64,000 nucleotides of DNA from Terracidiphilus sp. (lineage in GTDB: Bacteria > Acidobacteriota > Terriglobia > Terriglobales > Acidobacteriaceae): contig DASZLF010000047.1 in the NCBI GenBank assembly GCA_035552555.1, positions 16,814 through 80,813 on the forward strand. Direction: 5' to 3'. Made by a program: the position numbers and the translations under genes. Below are positions 1 to 10,161 of this stretch, one piece after another. Each line of letters begins with the position of its first letter. The stretch's first letter is position 1. The notes beneath the pieces were generated by a model. It saw only the letters and a program-made list of their open reading frames with translations. It made no database searches and was not told the DNA's origin.

Positions 1-1002
1 CACCACTCCGAGCAATTCGCCATTGGCGTCGCGGATCGGGGCGGCGCTGTCTTCAATGGGTGTCTGTGTCCCGTCTGTCCGAAGCAGTGCGGTATGATTC
101 GCAAGGCCCACCACGTGGCCCACTTCCAACACCTTCTTAACTGGGTTTTCGGCAGGTTCGTGGGTGTGCTCGTTGATGATGGGAAAAACTTCGAGGATGT
201 TTCTGCCTTTAGCTAGAACCAAATCGTTCCCTGTAAGAGTTTCCGCAACCGGGTTCAGGAATGTTACGGCCCCTTCCCTATCGGTCGCGATCACGGCGTC
301 GCCGATGCTGGTGAGCGTCACCCTGAACCACTCCTCGCGCGTCCGAATTTCCTGTGCGTGCTTTTCGCGCAAATTGATTTCCCGCAGCATGTAAGAGGCA
401 AGCAGAACCAGGCCGACGACAGCCAGGAAGTTGGCTAAATAAATGCTCGCGATGGTTCGCTGGATGGCGCGCTCGTAAGCCGTCGCGCGAACTGACTCAA
501 GCCGCTCTTCCTCGCCTTCCATCTGGGCTACCACAAGACGGATGTGATCCATCAGGAGCAGACCCGTCGAGGTGAGCACCAGTTCCCGGGCCGCGTCAGG
601 CTTGCCCGACTGGTATGTGGCGATCACCTGCGCCATTTCCGCTGCTTTTGCATGCACCCGGTTTCGCAACTCCGGGATCATTGCCTGTTGGCTGGAATTG
701 TCGGCAGTGAGTTTTGCGACTGTGTCGAGTTGCGGCTCAATTTTGGAGATGGCGTCCTGATAAGGGGCGAGGTACTTGCTGTCGCCCGTATAGAGATACC
801 CGCGCTGTCCGGTTTCGGCGTCAACAAGCAGCAATTCCAACTGGTTCAGCTCCATGAGCACCTGGCGCGTACGGGAAACCGAATATTGTGCTCCGATCTG
901 GAGACCGAGCTGACGCCTGGTTACGGCGGCGTTCACGATCAAGAGCGCGAGGAGAAGAGAAAATCCGGCAACGATTCCGATACGCCTGTAAGGGATCTGC
1001 AT
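1..1002 (-). CDS. CHASE3 + PAS domain sensor protein (probably histidine kinase), 3' end outside window
   Basis: Manual translation from ATG at 1002 (GAGAGAGG upstream): MQIPYRRIGIVAGFSLLLALL TM helix, CHASE3 signature DAETGQRGYLYTG, second TM, PAS/PAC motif ENPVKKVL...ANHTALLRTDG..PIEDSAAPIRD. Absent from the ORF track because it runs off the edge. Confidence 0.88.
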   Translation of the reverse strand, partial: MQIPYRRIGIVAGFSLLLALLIVNAAVTRRQLGLQIGAQYSVSRTRQVLMELNQLELLLVDAETGQRGYLYTGDSKYLAPYQDAISKIEPQLDTVAKLTADNSSQQAMIPELRNRVHAKAAEMAQVIATYQSGKPDAARELVLTSTGLLLMDHIRLVVAQMEGEEERLESVRATAYERAIQRTIASIYLANFLAVVGLVLLASYMLREINLREKHAQEIRTREEWFRVTLTSIGDAVIATDREGAVTFLNPVAETLTGNDLVLAKGRNILEVFPIINEHTHEPAENPVKKVLEVGHVVGLANHTALLRTDGTQTPIEDSAAPIRDANGELLGVV

Positions 1003-1464
1003 GGAAAGCCTCTCTCATCGGCAGCGCTGCGAAGTTAGCCGCAGTGTACGCTCTCCTGCTGCGGAGCTTCTGTCTGCCAAGCTACAAAGATGTGAAGCCG
1101 GAAAAGATTTGGATACAGATCGAGGCTGACCCGAGCCACGATCTCCGAGGGGGCCTAACAGAGAAATCTATCTTAATTTCTTCCTGAAGGATCCGTAAAG
1201 AACTTCGTCTCCGAACAAGCTTCAGAGATTCCGAAGACGTTAGCCGGCGCTCTGGAATCGCGCCAAAGGCCCATACCGCTCATTGAGAGGCGGTCACGCG
1301 CCATTCCCCGGACTGTACCCCGTAAACGCCCTTCACTCCATCGATCGTCGATTCTCAATGAGCAGAATCGCCAAGGCACTCACCGGCACCGATGAATCCC
1401 TAAGTGCCAGCTTTCGCCCGATTCCCTCCGACCTGACGTCCATCGTCCCCGGTCCCATGGATCG

Positions 1465-1498
1465 CTCAGCCCCTCAGCCCCTCAGTCCCTTAGTCCCT
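1465..1498. repeat. Short tandem repeat, 8-bp unit CT(C/T)AG(C/T)CC, about 4 copies
   Basis: ctcagcccctcagcccctcagtcccttagtccct read directly. Confidence 0.8.
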
Positions 1499-1620
1499 TT
1501 CCCCTGCATTGTGTGACAGCGGGCACAGTAACAATCGTCAAGCTCAGTCCAACATACGGTCAGCGAGATCCGCCCATCCAGGCGGATTTCGGCGTCTGAG
1601 GGGTCCGGGAAAATCAGTAC

Positions 1621-1800
1621 CCCCCTCCCCCCAGAGGTACACACGACTTTAGTAACCTGGACCGCTGTCGGCACGGGAGGAAATGTCAGCCGAGGTTTAC
1701 CAGACCCCCTCCCTCCAGAGGTACACACGACTTTAGTAACCTGGACCGCCGTCGGCACGGGAGGAAATGTCAGCCGAGGTTTACCGGACCCCCCTCCCCC
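1621..1800. repeat. Tandem duplication, 84-bp unit, about 2.1 copies, bounded by CCCCCTCCC tracts
   Basis: ccagaggtacacacgactttagtaacctggaccgc starts at 1631 and again at 1715; copies nearly identical. Confidence 0.95.
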
Positions 1801-1819
1801 TCGCGGTAACCGGGTGTTT

Positions 1820-1849
1820 CTAATCCCTAACCCCTAATCCCTAATCCCT
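1820..1849. repeat. Heptamer tandem repeat CTAATCC x4
   Basis: ctaatccctaacccctaatccctaatccct immediately after the aminotransferase stop. Confidence 0.85.
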
Positions 1850-1856
1850 GTATTCG

Positions 1857-3245
1857 TCACTCGACCAGAGCATCGGCGATCGCCAAATGCCGGTCCATCG
1901 CATCGATTCCCAAATCCAGTTCCTCCCGCGTCACAATCAGCGGCGGGGCGATCACAAAATGGCTCACCCATGCCTGCTGCGCCACCCCGTCGGCCATCAT
2001 CTTCGCCGCTATCTGGTCTACAATCAGCGGTTTACCCTCCACCTTGTCGCGCATGCTGTTGAACGGCTCCTTGGTCGTCCGGTCCTTCACCAGCTCCACG
2101 GCGAAAAACAGCCCCAATCCCCGCACATCGCCCACCGACGGATGCATTTCCTTGAGCGCATTGAGCTTGGCGCGCAAATAGGGCTCCAGCTCCGCCGCCC
2201 GCTCCACCAGCTTCAGCCGCTGCATCTCCTCGATGGTCGCCACCGCCGGCCCCAAAGTGATCGGGTGCGCCTCGTACGTATGCCCATGCGAAAAGTAGTG
2301 ATCCTCAAAGTAATCCGCAATCTTCCTCGTAGTAGCGCATAGTCCCAGCGGCACATACGCCGACGTAATCCCCTTCGCCGTCACCAGGATGTCCGGCTTC
2401 ACGTCCCAGTGATCCACGCTGAACCACCGCCCCGTCCGTCCCCACCCCGCCATCACCTCGTCGGCAATCAGCAACACCCCATGCCGGTCGCAAATCTGCC
2501 GCAACTTCGGCATATACTCCGGCGGCGGCACAAGCACTCCATTGGTCCCCACCACCGGCTCCACGATCATGGCCGCTACATCGCTCTCGTTCTCGATCAT
2601 GTGCTCGATGTAATCCGCGCAAGCAATGCCGCACCCCGGATAGGTGTGCCGAATGGGGCATTTGTAGCAGTTCGTCTCCGGCGCAAATACGAAGCCCAAC
2701 CCCTTGCCCGCCGGCTCCATCGCCCAGCGCCGCGGATCCCCCGTAGCCGCAATCGAGCCCGTAGTCGACCCGTGATACGACCGATACCGCGAAATGATCT
2801 TGTTCTTGCCCGTCACCATGCGCGCGATTTTGAATGCCGCCTCGTTCGCCTCCGTCCCGCTGGTGGCAAAGAAAAACTTCTCCAGTCCCGCCGGCAACAC
2901 CTCCAGCAGCTTTGCGCTCAGCTTTGCCCGCGCGGTGGTGGCATACCCCGGCGCAATGTACGCCAGTTCCCGCGCCTGCTCCGCGATCGCTTCCACCACG
3001 CGCGGATTCTTGTGCCCCAGGTTCACGCACATCAACTGCGACGAAAAATCCAGATACCGCTTCCCCGCCGCATCCGTAAACCAGCAACCCTCCGCATCCA
3101 CCACGTGCAGCGGCTTCCACGTCTTCTGGAATCGCCAGGTGCCGTAGTTGGTCTCGCGGGTAAGAGAGGAAATCTGCTCGGCATTCACTGCAGGACCAGT
3201 AACAATCTCGCTCATAAGCGACCTCGCGTCAGGCTGTTCGACCAT
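1857..3245 (-). CDS. Class-III PLP aminotransferase (taurine/beta-alanine:pyruvate-type)
   Basis: Motifs SGTEANE, SYHG, LIADEVMAGWGRTG, DILVTAKG (PLP Lys), HGHTY. True start may be 3215. Confidence 0.9.
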   Translation of the reverse strand: MVEQPDARSLMSEIVTGPAVNAEQISSLTRETNYGTWRFQKTWKPLHVVDAEGCWFTDAAGKRYLDFSSQLMCVNLGHKNPRVVEAIAEQARELAYIAPGYATTARAKLSAKLLEVLPAGLEKFFFATSGTEANEAAFKIARMVTGKNKIISRYRSYHGSTTGSIAATGDPRRWAMEPAGKGLGFVFAPETNCYKCPIRHTYPGCGIACADYIEHMIENESDVAAMIVEPVVGTNGVLVPPPEYMPKLRQICDRHGVLLIADEVMAGWGRTGRWFSVDHWDVKPDILVTAKGITSAYVPLGLCATTRKIADYFEDHYFSHGHTYEAHPITLGPAVATIEEMQRLKLVERAAELEPYLRAKLNALKEMHPSVGDVRGLGLFFAVELVKDRTTKEPFNSMRDKVEGKPLIVDQIAAKMMADGVAQQAWVSHFVIAPPLIVTREELDLGIDAMDRHLAIADALVE

Positions 3246-3326
3246 GCTACGGCATTTGGCGCGCCAAGGCGAAGAACTGCGCCGCCCACGCGCCGGATTC
3301 GCCTACACTGATTTCAGGTGCAGAGA

Positions 3327-3455
3327 ATGAGCGACGGCCGCGAAGAACGCGAAGAGCGCGAAAAACGCCGCGAGCAGGAAGAGCGGGAGAATCGCGAAGA
3401 CAAAGTGAACCGGGATTCCGTCGACCAGTGGAGGCCGGAGCGGGACGACTCCTGA
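3327..3455 (+). CDS. Putative 42-aa highly charged microprotein
   Basis: MSDGREEREEREKRREQEERENREDKVNRDSVDQWRPERDDS*; TACACT -10-like box at 3304-3309 and AGGTG upstream. Confidence 0.5.
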   Translation: MSDGREEREEREKRREQEERENREDKVNRDSVDQWRPERDDS

Positions 3456-3471
3456 CCCGCCGATCAATCGC

Positions 3472-3892
3472 TCAAGCGACCGCCGAAACTTTCTTCCTGG
3501 GGCGTCCGCCAAGTCGACCGTTTTGACGCGCAGCAGATGCCTTCGCTACACTCTTCGCCTTGCCGCCGCTTTGCCCCAGGCGGCTGGCCATCCATGCCTT
3601 AGAGCCGAGAAAACCTTCAAGCAGCGCCGGAATGTAAAGATCCGCATCAAGCTTAGGGAAGTACATGCCGAAGCCTGAGGGAGAAATCTCGATCGGCTCA
3701 AGTTGCGAAGCACGGGCACTCTCCAGACCCTGAGCGTCTCGAGGGTCGAAAGCGATATCCAGCTTTGTGCTGAGCTGAACGACAATGCGGCCGGTGCGCT
3801 TATCATAACGAGCACCAATGGCGCGCGGCGCTGAAGACCGCATCTGCGTGGCCTTTTGTCCCGCCTCTTTGAAAGGTGTCACGCTGTTCCAT
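3472..3892 (-). pseudogene. DUF2442 family protein with apparent 1-nt frameshift near the 5' end
   Basis: Body IEISPSGFGMYFPKLDADLYIPALLEG...NGRLGGRP is DUF2442-like. The SD-preceded ATG at 3892 (MEQRDTF) is one base out of frame at the A run at 3872-3874. An in-frame GTG exists at 3906. Confidence 0.65.
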
Positions 3893-4079
3893 GAATCCTC
3901 TCCCACGCCCTCCGTACGGTCGGCATATCGAGAACCATTCTACGATACAAACGAAGCGCTTGGGTTCTTGCCATCGTTACGTCAAAAAAGAACCCCGGCG
4001 CATTGGCCAGGGTTCTGGATCTTCGCATGGTTTCGAGACGATGCTACGGTACTTGGGCGAGAGGAGCGAGACCTTCGAA

Positions 4080-4570
4080 CTATTCTCCCGCGGCGGTGAG
4101 AACCGCGGCTTCCAACGAGGAAGAGATGAAGAAGCCGGCTCTGGAACGCAGAAGTCCGATCGCAGGCCTGACTGCCGAAATATCTCCCCTGCGCTTGGCC
4201 CGCAAGAGTACGCCAGAACACCGGTGACGCCAAGGCCGACTTTCGAGGCAAGCTGACGACCTTCGTGTTCGTCGAGCAAGACAATATCCGCGTTGAGAGC
4301 CGCGGCCAATCCTATGGCTTCTGCTTCTCCACGATGAAGCTGCGACAGGAGAACCCTGAGCAAGCCAGAGTCTTCAACGGCGGCGACTCTTATCCACTGC
4401 AACTGAAGACCTTGCTCGATTGCGCTTCGCGCGGCCGGATCTGGATGCGCGGCAAGCTCGTCGACAACCGCCGTGGGAATCAATACGACCGAAAACTGGA
4501 GTTTCAACAGCTCGAGATGTCCAATGGAGCCGAGATTCGAAATGGGAGAGGTATTACTGACCGCGAGCAT
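4080..4570 (-). pseudogene. DUF3368 (PIN-like) protein, frameshifted
   Basis: MLAVSNTSPISNL...GEAEAIGLA...LLDEHEGR. Adding one base near 4213 restores GVLGVLLRAKRRG...AAGE* ending at 4080 (491 nt observed, 492 needed). Confidence 0.8.
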
Positions 4571-4808
4571 ATTCCATATCTTGCGCCAGGTCGTTCTCTG
4601 TATAGTGTCGGGGAATCTCACGCCTTGCAACAAGCTCAACAAAGCCATAGCGGGGAACATCGGCAAGTTCCGCTCCCTTGCCGAAGGGCAAGATACCCTG
4701 GGCATAAAGGGCGACCGCAAGTTCGGCACGCAGTCGTGACTCCATCTCTGGCGCGGGCAGCCGCAAGCTGGCGGCAATCGACTCGGGAATTTCAAGACGA
4801 ACGGTCAT
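4554..4808 (-). CDS. UPF0175 family protein (putative antitoxin)
   Basis: ELAVALYAQGILPFGKGAELADV motif; overlaps the DUF3368 gene start, the usual pairing. Confidence 0.85.
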   Translation of the reverse strand: MTVRLEIPESIAASLRLPAPEMESRLRAELAVALYAQGILPFGKGAELADVPRYGFVELVARREIPRHYTENDLAQDMEYARGQ

Positions 4809-4862
4809 TTATCTGCCTGCTTCCCAGTTCGATTTTACATGGATCAGCGGGTCAACGAAGCG

Positions 4863-4892
4863 AAACCCCCGACACTCACGCCGGGGGTGTTT
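4863..4892 (-). terminator. Probable intrinsic terminator of clpC
   Basis: ACCCCCG/CGGGGGT stem with short T runs on both strands. Confidence 0.55.
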
Positions 4893-4911
4893 CTGTTACC
4901 TTTGGATCGGC

Positions 4912-7377
4912 TCAGTTGCTGAACAACAGCACCCCCGCAGCCTTCTCTTCCGTGCCGCTATCGTCCGCGCTGACCGGCCGATAGAACAACTGGTTCTGGT
5001 CGAGATACACCTCGAGGAACGCAGGACGCTCGGAAATGTGTCCCGCGATCAGCGCTTCCGACAGCGGATCTTCGACGTAGCGCTGCAGAGCGCGGCGCAA
5101 CGGGCGTGCCCCGTAGCTGCGGTCCACTAGCGTCTTGTCCAGAATCCACTTCTTGGCTTCCTCTGTCACCGAGATGGTGATGGCCTTCTGCGCCAGGTTC
5201 GAGTTGAGTTGCTGCACCAGCAGTTCCACAATCTGGATCAGGTCCTGATCGTTGAGCGACTGGAACAGGATCACTTCATCGAGCCGATTCAGGAACTCGG
5301 GGTTGAAGGTTTTCTTCACCTCGTTCTTCACCAGCTCTTCCACTTTCTCGCTCACCAGGTCGTCGCGATCGCTCTGGAAGCCCAGCCCTGACTTCTTCAT
5401 CAGGTGCCGCGCCCCTATATTCGACGTCATGATCAGGATGGTGTTCTTGAAATCGACCGTGTTGCCCAGACCGTCCGTCAATTGCCCGTCTTCAAACACC
5501 TGCAGCAGCAGATTGAACACATCCGGGTGCGCCTTCTCCACTTCGTCCAGCAGGACCACCGAGTAAGGCGAGCGCTTGACCCGTTCCGTCAACTGGCCGC
5601 CTTCTTCGTAGCCCACGTATCCCGGAGGCGAACCGATCAGCTTCGACACCGAGTGCTTTTCCATGAACTCCGACATGTCGAACCGGATCAGCGCCTTGTC
5701 TGAGCCAAACAGGAACTGCGCCAGGGTGCGCGCCATTTCTGTTTTGCCCACGCCCGTGGGGCCAAGGAAGAGGAAGCTGCCGATCGGACGGTGCGGTGAC
5801 TTCAATCCCGCGCGCGAACGACGAATCGCACGCGCCAGAGCGGAAATGGCCTTATCCTGCGAGATCACGCGCTTGTGCAGTTCTTCTTCCACGCGCAGCA
5901 GCTTCTGCGTCTCTTCTTCCTTGATGCTGGTCACGGGCACGCCCGTCCAGCGGCTGACTACGTCCTCAATGTCTTCCCGGCCCACGATCCCCGCCGCGGA
6001 GTCATCCAGGTGGTACTTGTCGCGCAAGGCGCGCAGAGTCTCGCGTTCTTTGCGCTCCTCGTCACTGTAGAACCGCGCCTTCTCAAACTCGTGGTTCGCA
6101 ATGGCCGAGTCCATGCGGTGCACGATGAACTTGATCCGCTTCTGGACTTCGGTAATCTCCTCGGGCAGCGAAGTCTGGCGCAGCTTCACCCGCGCCCCGG
6201 CTTCGTCGATCAGATCGATCGCCTTGTCGGGAAGGAACCGGTCAGGGATATAACGGTTCGAGTGCAATACCGAGAACTCGATGGCCGCATCGGTATAGCT
6301 GACCGCGTGAAACTTCTCATATCGGTCCTTGATGCCCATGATGATCTTTACCGCATCGGCTTCGTTCGGCGGCGGAACCTTCACGGCCTGGAAGCGCCGC
6401 TCCAGCGAGCGGTCCTTCTCAATCGACTTGCGATATTCAGCCGGCGTGGTTGCGCCAATGCACTGAATCTCGCCGCGGCTCAGGGCCGGCTTGAGTATGT
6501 TCGCTGCATCCAACGAACCTTCCGCGGAACCCGCGCCCACCAGCGTGTGCAGCTCGTCGATGAAGATGATGGAGTTCTGATTCTCCATCAGCTCCTTCAT
6601 GATCGTCTTGAGGCGCTCTTCAAACTGGCCGCGGTACTTGGTTCCGGCCACAATCAGCGACAGGTCCAGCCCCAGTACGCGCTTGTCGGCCAGGAAGGTT
6701 GGAACCTCGCCGTCCGCGATGCGCTGCGCCAATCCCTCCACGATGGCAGTTTTGCCCACCCCAGGTTCGCCGATCAGCACTGGGTTGTTCTTGGTGCGGC
6801 GGCACAGAATCTGGATCACGCGTTCCAGCTCGCCGTCGCGCCCCACCAGGGGATCGAGTTGGCCATCCATGGCCGCCTGCGTCAGGTCGCGGCTAAACTC
6901 AGCCAGCAGGCTCGACTCGCGCTGGCGCTGCTGGGTCGGAGCTTTTTCCTGGGTTACGCGGGCCAGTTCGTCGCGAATCTGCGCCAGCTTCAGGCCGCGT
7001 TCCTGCAGAATTTCCGAGGCAAAGCACTTCTCTTCGCGCAGCAGACCAAGCAGCAGATGCTCAGTCCCGATATGTTTGTGGCCCAGCCGCTCGGCTTCTT
7101 CCGCCGCATAGGCCAGCACACGCTTGCATTCATTGGAAAGCGGCAAATCGACTGAAGTCGAAACCTTCTCGCGAATCGTGGTATGCGCCTCGATCTGTTT
7201 GCGGATCGACTCCACCGAGGCGTGCGAGCGCAGGAAACGGTTGGTCAGCGCCTTGTCCTCGCGCAAGAGACCAAGCAGAAGATGCTCGGTTTCGATATAA
7301 GGCGACCCGAACTGGCTGGCCTCATACCGCGCGAAGAAGATCACACGCCGCGCCTTCTCCGTATAGCGTTCGAACAT
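4912..7377 (-). CDS. clpC: ATP-dependent Clp protease ATP-binding subunit ClpC
   Basis: [13 protein letters not shown]-domain, two AAA modules ([16 protein letters not shown]), UVR-like middle domain, xGF loop SGLGF. Confidence 0.96.
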   Translation of the reverse strand: MFERYTEKARRVIFFARYEASQFGSPYIETEHLLLGLLREDKALTNRFLRSHASVESIRKQIEAHTTIREKVSTSVDLPLSNECKRVLAYAAEEAERLGHKHIGTEHLLLGLLREEKCFASEILQERGLKLAQIRDELARVTQEKAPTQQRQRESSLLAEFSRDLTQAAMDGQLDPLVGRDGELERVIQILCRRTKNNPVLIGEPGVGKTAIVEGLAQRIADGEVPTFLADKRVLGLDLSLIVAGTKYRGQFEERLKTIMKELMENQNSIIFIDELHTLVGAGSAEGSLDAANILKPALSRGEIQCIGATTPAEYRKSIEKDRSLERRFQAVKVPPPNEADAVKIIMGIKDRYEKFHAVSYTDAAIEFSVLHSNRYIPDRFLPDKAIDLIDEAGARVKLRQTSLPEEITEVQKRIKFIVHRMDSAIANHEFEKARFYSDEERKERETLRALRDKYHLDDSAAGIVGREDIEDVVSRWTGVPVTSIKEEETQKLLRVEEELHKRVISQDKAISALARAIRRSRAGLKSPHRPIGSFLFLGPTGVGKTEMARTLAQFLFGSDKALIRFDMSEFMEKHSVSKLIGSPPGYVGYEEGGQLTERVKRSPYSVVLLDEVEKAHPDVFNLLLQVFEDGQLTDGLGNTVDFKNTILIMTSNIGARHLMKKSGLGFQSDRDDLVSEKVEELVKNEVKKTFNPEFLNRLDEVILFQSLNDQDLIQIVELLVQQLNSNLAQKAITISVTEEAKKWILDKTLVDRSYGARPLRRALQRYVEDPLSEALIAGHISERPAFLEVYLDQNQLFYRPVSADDSGTEEKAAGVLLFSN

Positions 7378-7669
7378 GGTGTTCTCCCTATTCCAGGCTA
7401 TCGGCGAGAATGACTGTCCCGTTCAAATTTCCGGACTCAGCCGACCGGCCGCACCTGCCGTCATACAATGCCGCCCAAGGCCCCTGGAAAATAAGCGCCT
7501 GCCTCGGAACAGCTAATTGGGATGGTTCCGGAAGGTTTTCCGAGCGCCCTGGAACAAAGTGCTGTCCGGGGCTTCCATCCGACCTTTACCAGCCTGGTGG
7601 GGAATTCTGTTAGCCAGGCCGCTTACCTTCACACTATGAGACTCATTTCGAGCCTCGAACGCTGCTTTT

Positions 7670-8458
7670 TCAGGACCCGATTTCAGGCTCAAGGTTGCTT
7701 TGAGGCTTTAAAAAGGTTGCCAGCCGGCCGTGCTCCAGGTGCAAAACCCGGGAGCAGCGCCCCGCCAGATCCATGTTGTGGGTTACCAGAATGGACGTGA
7801 GTCCATGGTTAGCGTGAATGCGTTCGATCAGCTCAAACACCTGGCGGGCGGTCGATTCGTCCAGGTCGCCCGTGGGTTCGTCGGCCAGAAGCAGCCGAGG
7901 GTTATTGACCAGTGCCCGAGCCAGCGCCACCCTCTGCTGCTCGCCCCCTGAAAGTTCGCCGGGCCGATGTTCGCGCCGGTCGCCCAAACCAACTTCCCTG
8001 AGCCAGTTCGCGGCCAGTTCCATGGCCTCCCGCCTGCTCTGTCCGCGAGCCAGAAGCGGCATCGCCACATTTTCCTGAGCCGTAAACTCAGGCAGCAAAT
8101 AGTGAAACTGCCATACGTACCCGATTTCGCGATTGCGGAACGCCGCGGCCTGCCGGGAATTGAGCGTTGCCACATTGATTGAGGCGCAGTATACCGTTCC
8201 GGCGGAAGGCGCATCAAGAGCACCCAGAATGTGCAAAAGTGTGCTTTTTCCCGCCCCGGACTGCCCCATGATCGCAACCAGTTCCCCCGTGGCCACTTGC
8301 AGGTCGAGATCTCGAAACAGGGTGAGCGGCCCCCGCGCCGTTTTATAGGTCTTTTCGAGGCCTTGAACCTGCACCATGGGATCGCCGGAAACCCGCGACT
8401 CCGGTTCCCGCACGGTGCGGGAGGCCTGCGCTGCAGCCGCTGAAGGAGTCAGGGTCAT
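7670..8458 (-). CDS. lolD: LolD-like ABC transporter ATP-binding protein
   Basis: GQSGAGKST, YVWQFHYLLPEFTAQENV, LSGGEQQRVALARA, ADEPTGDLD. Confidence 0.85.
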   Translation of the reverse strand: MTLTPSAAAAQASRTVREPESRVSGDPMVQVQGLEKTYKTARGPLTLFRDLDLQVATGELVAIMGQSGAGKSTLLHILGALDAPSAGTVYCASINVATLNSRQAAAFRNREIGYVWQFHYLLPEFTAQENVAMPLLARGQSRREAMELAANWLREVGLGDRREHRPGELSGGEQQRVALARALVNNPRLLLADEPTGDLDESTARQVFELIERIHANHGLTSILVTHNMDLAGRCSRVLHLEHGRLATFLKPQSNLEPEIGS

Positions 8459-8614
8459 CCGTACACCTTATTTTACCTTCCTGGTCCGCGAGCCCAATCA
8501 CTTAGATGCGCTCCGCGCCCCAGCTTGCAGAAACTTCTGGAGTTCCACGATCATCGCACCGGATTCACCTCGTGACAATGCCATTCGACACACCACATTT
8601 CCGCAGAATGTGTT

Positions 8615-8663
8615 GTACCGCCGGCCTCCAGATGACTGTCGTGTGGGCCTCCAGGCCCGCACC
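8615..8663. repeat. REP-like palindromic element, family A copy 1
   Basis: cgccggcctccag...ctgtcgtgtgggcctccaggcccgcacc, shared with 15945-15990. Confidence 0.7.
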
Positions 8664-8700
8664 CCCTCAGGAGTGACGACCAATCCAGGCCCCCCGACCT

Positions 8701-10134
8701 CTAGCGCGCTTCCCCACTCACCACGGATTCGAGCGGAACCGAAACAGCCGCTGCAGGAACAGTTCGCCACATCAGCAACACGTAAAGCGCTCCAGAGGTG
8801 AAGAATCCGACAAACCACGCATAGTCGTAAAGGAAATGCAGCGGCGCCGCAAACAGTCCGGCCAGTGCGATCATTACGCCCACCACCAGCGCAACCATAG
8901 CGCGCGGGTTAATGCCTTTGGCGTAGAAATAGGCGCCCTCGCGGTGGTAGAGCGAGTTGACGTCGAGTTCCGTCCTGCGAAGAAAGAAGTAATCGCACAC
9001 CATGATGCCGGCCACCGGCCCAAGCAACCCGGAGTAGCCGATCAGCCACCCGAAGATGTACGCATCCGGCGTGGCCAGAAAGTGCCACGGGCACATGGCA
9101 ATGCCAAGCAGTCCGGTGATGAGGCCGCCGGTGCGGAAGCTGATCAGGCGTGGATAAAGATTGGAAAAATCATTGGAAGGCGAAACCACATTCGCGCCGA
9201 TGTTCACGTTCAATGTGGCAATCAGGATGGCGATCATGGCGATAAATGCAACCACCGGCTGATGGAAAGCGCCGATCAACTCGATGGGATTCCAGATGGG
9301 ATGGCCAAACAGCACCGCGGAAGCCGACGTGACCGAGATGCCCACGAACGTGTAGAGCGTCATGGCCACAGGAAGACCAAAGGCCTGCCCCCACGACTGC
9401 GCGCTTTGCGATTTGGAATAGCGGGTGAAATCGGGAATGTTGAGCGCCAGCGTCGACCAGTAGCCGACCATGGCAGTGAGCGAAGGGAAGAACACCAGCA
9501 GAAACGCGCGCGTGGAATGGAATTGGCTCGGAGTGGAAAGCATGGAACCGAAGCTGCCCGCCTTGAGACGTACCCAGATAAGCAGCAGTGCCGCCATCAC
9601 AAACATGAAGGGGGCGCCGAACGCCTGCAGCCGTCGAATCGAGTCGACGCCGCGCCACACCACCACCATGTTCAGCAGCCAGAATCCAAGAAAGCATGCC
9701 CACAGCGCGATGGGAGCCTTTGCAATCGATGGCGCAATGACGGCGAGCATGGCATGAATGGCCGTCCCGCCGATCCACGACTGAATTCCGAACCATCCGC
9801 ACGCCACCACCGCGCGCAGAATGGCCGGCACATTGGCTCCGCGCACGCCGAACGGCGCGCGAATGAACACCGGGAATGGAATGCCGTACTTGGCTCCGGC
9901 GTGCGCATTGAGCAGCATGGGAACGAGCACGATCAGATTGCCCAGCATCACCGTGCCCACCGCCTGTTTCCAATCCATGCCCTTGGCGATAAGCGAAGAC
10001 GCAAGCTGGTAGGTGGTGATCTCCATCGACATGGAGAACCACAGGGCAATGTAGTTGTACATCGTCCATGTGCGCCGCTCCAGCGGAACCGGCGCCAGGT
10101 CGCGATTGGAGAGAGATGGATCGACAACGCTCAA
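8701..10134 (-). CDS. NCS1 nucleobase:cation symporter
   Basis: 12-TM pattern; KYGIPFPV, ACGWFGIQ, LNIPDFTRY, NIGANVVSP motifs; last gene of the pyrimidine operon. Confidence 0.93.
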   Translation of the reverse strand: MSVVDPSLSNRDLAPVPLERRTWTMYNYIALWFSMSMEITTYQLASSLIAKGMDWKQAVGTVMLGNLIVLVPMLLNAHAGAKYGIPFPVFIRAPFGVRGANVPAILRAVVACGWFGIQSWIGGTAIHAMLAVIAPSIAKAPIALWACFLGFWLLNMVVVWRGVDSIRRLQAFGAPFMFVMAALLLIWVRLKAGSFGSMLSTPSQFHSTRAFLLVFFPSLTAMVGYWSTLALNIPDFTRYSKSQSAQSWGQAFGLPVAMTLYTFVGISVTSASAVLFGHPIWNPIELIGAFHQPVVAFIAMIAILIATLNVNIGANVVSPSNDFSNLYPRLISFRTGGLITGLLGIAMCPWHFLATPDAYIFGWLIGYSGLLGPVAGIMVCDYFFLRRTELDVNSLYHREGAYFYAKGINPRAMVALVVGVMIALAGLFAAPLHFLYDYAWFVGFFTSGALYVLLMWRTVPAAAVSVPLESVVSGEAR

Positions 10135-10161
10135 GCTTGACCTCCAGCAAAGACCTGCGGA

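Noticed and set aside
1621-1800. Possible CRISPR array
   Set aside because: Units are duplicated in full with no unique spacers, and there are no cas genes in the window.
3977-4795. 272-aa ORF as a single gene
   Set aside because: Chimera of an upstream off-frame region, the DUF3368 body and a post-frameshift tail.
5875-7155. Long antisense ORFs (also 8836-10140, 12966-14306, 25310-26947, 48285-50318)
   Set aside because: Shadow frames opposite well-supported genes, expected from high-GC codon bias; no motifs.
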